A stretch of 64,000 nucleotides of DNA. Source: Candidatus Latescibacterota bacterium. Its GTDB lineage: Bacteria; Latescibacterota; UBA2968; UBA8231. The position numbers and the translations under genes were made by a program. The notes below the pieces were generated by a model. It searched no databases. It saw only the letters and a list, made by a program, of their open reading frames with translations, and was not told the DNA's origin. The DNA lies in assembly GCA_965203175.1 (NCBI GenBank), contig OZ241867.1:6304001-6368000 (forward strand), read 5' to 3'. Positions 61,119-64,000 of this stretch are shown in pieces (the first letter of the stretch is position 1; each line of letters opens with the position of its first letter).

Positions 61119-62255
61119 TTACTCCACGTCGAAGAAACCGAGGTCTTCGCGCGCCGCGCTGCGCGCCACTTCCTCGTCGAGCGCAACTCCAAGACCGGGA
61201 GCCTGCGGCAAGGGAATCCGCCCGTTGACGATCAGGTCGCGCTCCACCGTGAGGCTGTTCCACAACTCGTTGTCGAGATGGTGGAACTCCAACACCTGAA
61301 AGTTCGGCGCAGCAGCGCACGTGTGGCACATGGCCACAGTGCCAATCGGGCTACAGATGTTGTGCGGTGAAATCGGGATGTAATAGATGTCGGCCAGATC
61401 GGCGATGCGCCGTCCCTCGGACAGACCGCCGGCCTTGGCCAGATCGGGCGAGATAATGTCCGTCGCCTGCATCTCGACCAACTCGCGGAACCCGTGGCGC
61501 GTGTACAGGTTTTCGCCGGTGCAAATCGGCGTGCGCGTCGCGTTCTTCACTTCCTTGAGCGCGGCGACGTTTTCAGCCGGAATCGGATCCTCCAACCACA
61601 TCAAATTCAGCGATTCCAAGGCGTAGGCAACCTTGAGGATGTCGTGCGGAGCGTACGCCCAGTGGGCGTCGATGAGCAAATCCGTATTGGGATGCAGCGC
61701 CTCGCGGAGCGCCGTGACCACTTCGATGTGGAAGGCGATGTCGCTATTGCTCATGGTGCGGTTGTAGTGATCGCGTCGGTCGGGACGCGGATCAATGTCA
61801 AACTTGATGGCGTCGAAGCCTCGGGCTTCCACTTCCTTGGCCTTGGCTACCCAAGATTCGGGATTGTCGTCCTCGTCGCCGGCGTGGCAGTCGTTGTACA
61901 CGCGAATCGAGTCGCGGTACGCGCCGCCCAGCAATTGCCAGATCGGCACGCCAATCGCCTGCCCGGTGATATCCCACAGCGCCATCTCAATGCCGCTAAT
62001 CGCGCTCATCACCGCCCCTTGGTAGTACCCCGACGCCGACATCGAGCTTTTCATGTCGCGGAAGAGCTTGTCAACATTGCGCGGGTCTTGGCCGATGAGC
62101 GCGCGTTGGGTGAGGCGCTCGTCCACGGCGATGTGGTGGACGCCAGCCCCGTGATAGGCCTCGCCAATGCCGGTAATCCCCTCGTCGGTGCGCACCTTCA
62201 CCAGCACCCACGGCATGGGTTGCAGCAGCACAGCACCCACGTCAACAATCTTCAT
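61119..62255 (-). CDS. Mandelate racemase/muconate lactonizing enzyme family (probable acid-sugar dehydratase)
   Basis: TDEGITG.GE, ALWDI.G, KFD, metal ligands DAH/EDP/GEN, PHN. Confidence 0.92.
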   Translation of the reverse strand: MKIVDVGAVLLQPMPWVLVKVRTDEGITGIGEAYHGAGVHHIAVDERLTQRALIGQDPRNVDKLFRDMKSSMSASGYYQGAVMSAISGIEMALWDITGQAIGVPIWQLLGGAYRDSIRVYNDCHAGDEDDNPESWVAKAKEVEARGFDAIKFDIDPRPDRRDHYNRTMSNSDIAFHIEVVTALREALHPNTDLLIDAHWAYAPHDILKVAYALESLNLMWLEDPIPAENVAALKEVKNATRTPICTGENLYTRHGFRELVEMQATDIISPDLAKAGGLSEGRRIADLADIYYIPISPHNICSPIGTVAMCHTCAAAPNFQVLEFHHLDNELWNSLTVERDLIVNGRIPLPQAPGLGVALDEEVARSAAREDLGFFDVE

Positions 62256-62340
62256 CGCTATCCTCTACGCCTGTCGATATACAAATATTGAATGAAGACA
62301 GGCACCTTATTAGATTGAACACGGCGTCCAAAGCGCCGCC

Positions 62341-62369
62341 AATGTATCGCCTTCCCCACCCTCCGTCAA
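62341..62369 (-). promoter_or_regulatory. sigma70-type promoter for the dehydratase-ABC operon
   Basis: Minus strand TTGACG-17 bp-TACATT. Confidence 0.6.
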
Positions 62370-62458
62370 GCCGCGTCGCCAGCGGCGACGGCCTCCCGCA
62401 GAGCCTCGCCGGGAAACAGCCGTTGGTAGGGGAAATCGACGACAATAAGGGGTACCGA

Positions 62459-63304
62459 GTGATCAAAACCGTAGGCATCTCAAGCCCAGGTGAGATGGGC
62501 CACGCCGTCGCCAAGGTTCTAGTAGATCGCGGCATGCCGGTAATCGCCTGCCTCGCGGGCCGCGGCGAACGCTCGCGCCAACGCGCCAATGCAGCCGGTA
62601 TCGAGGCGGTTCCCACCCTCGCTGAGGTCGCGCAGCGGGCCGACCTCTTTCTGTCGATCCTGCCGCCGGAGCACGCCAGTGCAATGGCGCGTCAGATCGC
62701 CGCCACCGGTGAGTCCCTCACCTACGTCGACTGCAACGCCATCTCTCCGAACACCGCCGTCGCCATCGGCGACCTAGCCGCAGCCGCAGGCCTCACCTTC
62801 GTCGACGCCGGTATCATCGGTCCCCCGCCTCTGAAAGCGGGCATCACCCGATTCTACGCCTCTGGCGAGCAGGCCGATGAATTCGCGGCCCTGTCGCAGT
62901 ACGGCCTCGACATTCGGGTAGTCGGCAGCGAGATCGGCCAGGCTTCCGGCTTCAAGATGTGTTACGCATCGCAGACCAAGGGGCGCTATGCGATCTTCAT
63001 CGAGTCTCTAGTGGCGGCCCAGCGCTTGGGCTTTTACGATCTGCTCGTCGCAGAGCTGAAGTCGAGTCAGGCAGCGACCTACGCCGACATTGAGAAAATG
63101 GTTCCAGGCATTCCTTTAAAGGCGGGCCGCTGGATCGCCGAAATGGAGGAAATCGCCGCGACCTTTGGCGAGGTCGGCATGACGCAGCACATTTTTCGCG
63201 GAGCCGCCGACCTGTATCGAGCCATTGACGGAGCCGATCCCGAGACCCTGGATGGAACTGCGCTCGAGCAACTGATCGCCCGACTCGCCAGCAAAATGGA
63301 GTGA
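62459..63304 (+). CDS. NAD(P)-dependent oxidoreductase, beta-hydroxyacid dehydrogenase-like (DUF1932)
   Basis: SPGEMG, DCNAISP, DAGIIGPPP, KMCYA, RW..EMEEIA; start set at GTG 62459. Confidence 0.85.
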   Translation: MIKTVGISSPGEMGHAVAKVLVDRGMPVIACLAGRGERSRQRANAAGIEAVPTLAEVAQRADLFLSILPPEHASAMARQIAATGESLTYVDCNAISPNTAVAIGDLAAAAGLTFVDAGIIGPPPLKAGITRFYASGEQADEFAALSQYGLDIRVVGSEIGQASGFKMCYASQTKGRYAIFIESLVAAQRLGFYDLLVAELKSSQAATYADIEKMVPGIPLKAGRWIAEMEEIAATFGEVGMTQHIFRGAADLYRAIDGADPETLDGTALEQLIARLASKME

Positions 63305-63336
63305 CCTTTTCTACACTTTCTGCCGGGAGAAACCAC

Positions 63337-64000
63337 ATGATCCGCCTCAACCAACAGCAACTCAACTTTTTCGACACCTTCGGCTACCTCGCGCTGCCGG
63401 GCTTGATGGCCGACTGTATCGACGAAATCATCGACGCCTTCGAGCAAGTCTGGGCCGAGCGCGGCGGGGGCCACTACGGCCAACCGCACGACGGCGAACG
63501 GCGCTCCTGCATTGTGCCCTTCATCGATCAACACGAGCGCCTGTGCGCGCTGCTCGACGATCCGCGCATCGAGGGGTTGCTCGCCAGCCTGCTCGGCGAC
63601 GACTTCAACTACAGCGGTTCCGACGGCAACTACTACGCCGGCGACACCCGGTGGCACTCCGACGGCTACCAGAAGGAAATCCGCCACGTCAAGATCGCCT
63701 TCTACCTCGACCACCTGACCCGCGACACCGGCTGCCTGCGCGTGATCCCGGGCAGCCACCGCCGCGGCGACCAGTACGCCGAGACGCTTGAAGCGAACGT
63801 CAAGCAATCGCAGGAGCAATGGGGCATCTCCGGCGACCAAGTCCCAGCCGTCGCCCTGGAGATCATCCCAGGAGACGTCGTCGTCTTCCAGCACAACCTC
63901 AAACACGCAGCCTTCGGCGGCAGTGGACGTCGCCGCATGTTCACCATCAACTGCATGGTGCGCGTGCCCGACGATCAGATCGATCTTGTCAAACAGGACA
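63337..64000 (+). CDS. Phytanoyl-CoA dioxygenase family Fe(II)/2OG enzyme (runs off window end)
   Basis: Hand translation: FFDTFGYL, WHSD, GCLRVIPGSH, PGDVVVF..NLKH; not in the ORF track because no stop lies in the window. Confidence 0.9.
   Translation, partial: MIRLNQQQLNFFDTFGYLALPGLMADCIDEIIDAFEQVWAERGGGHYGQPHDGERRSCIVPFIDQHERLCALLDDPRIEGLLASLLGDDFNYSGSDGNYYAGDTRWHSDGYQKEIRHVKIAFYLDHLTRDTGCLRVIPGSHRRGDQYAETLEANVKQSQEQWGISGDQVPAVALEIIPGDVVVFQHNLKHAAFGGSGRRRMFTINCMVRVPDDQIDLVKQD

Noticed and set aside
63079-63906. 275-aa minus-strand ORF
   Set aside because: Antisense shadow of the Fe/2OG dioxygenase and oxidoreductase genes on the plus strand.

Overview
GC-rich bacterial chromosome segment (the gene set suggests an FCB-related lineage such as Latescibacterota/Gemmatimonadota; this is inference only). 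Housekeeping blocks: 5' half of dnaE; pfkA-pgk-tpiA-secG-tRNA-Leu; comF; an M16 peptidase; tRNA-Met; nqrABCDEF-nqrM running directly into a complete F1Fo ATP synthase operon; bioB plus bioF-bioH-like-bioC-bioD-bioA; panB; an AGCS symporter. Accessory blocks: 9.7-19.5 kb (oxidoreductase, unknown enzyme, internally duplicated CPBP protease with an ABC-2 exporter, and an orphan gene behind a switch-like RNA leader) and 41-64 kb (ECF sigma-pentapeptide fusion, DUF5916-like protein, CocE hydrolase, and a sulfatase/GH2/ABC importer/enolase-superfamily catabolic cluster). Most notable signals: (i) a ~120-nt leader with two alternative folds, one sequestering the Shine-Dalgarno, ahead of a protein with a distinctive N-terminal module; (ii) a bare PptH-like ORF inserted between 37-bp direct repeats and taking its stop codon from the repeat; (iii) an ECF sigma with an internal SD/ATG for its pentapeptide domain; (iv) a full sigma54 promoter architecture driving an orphan secreted protein; (v) a GH2 lacking the usual acid/base Glu next to a sulfatase. 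No integrase, transposase, CRISPR array or rRNA was seen. All family assignments come from motif recognition by eye, not from database searches.
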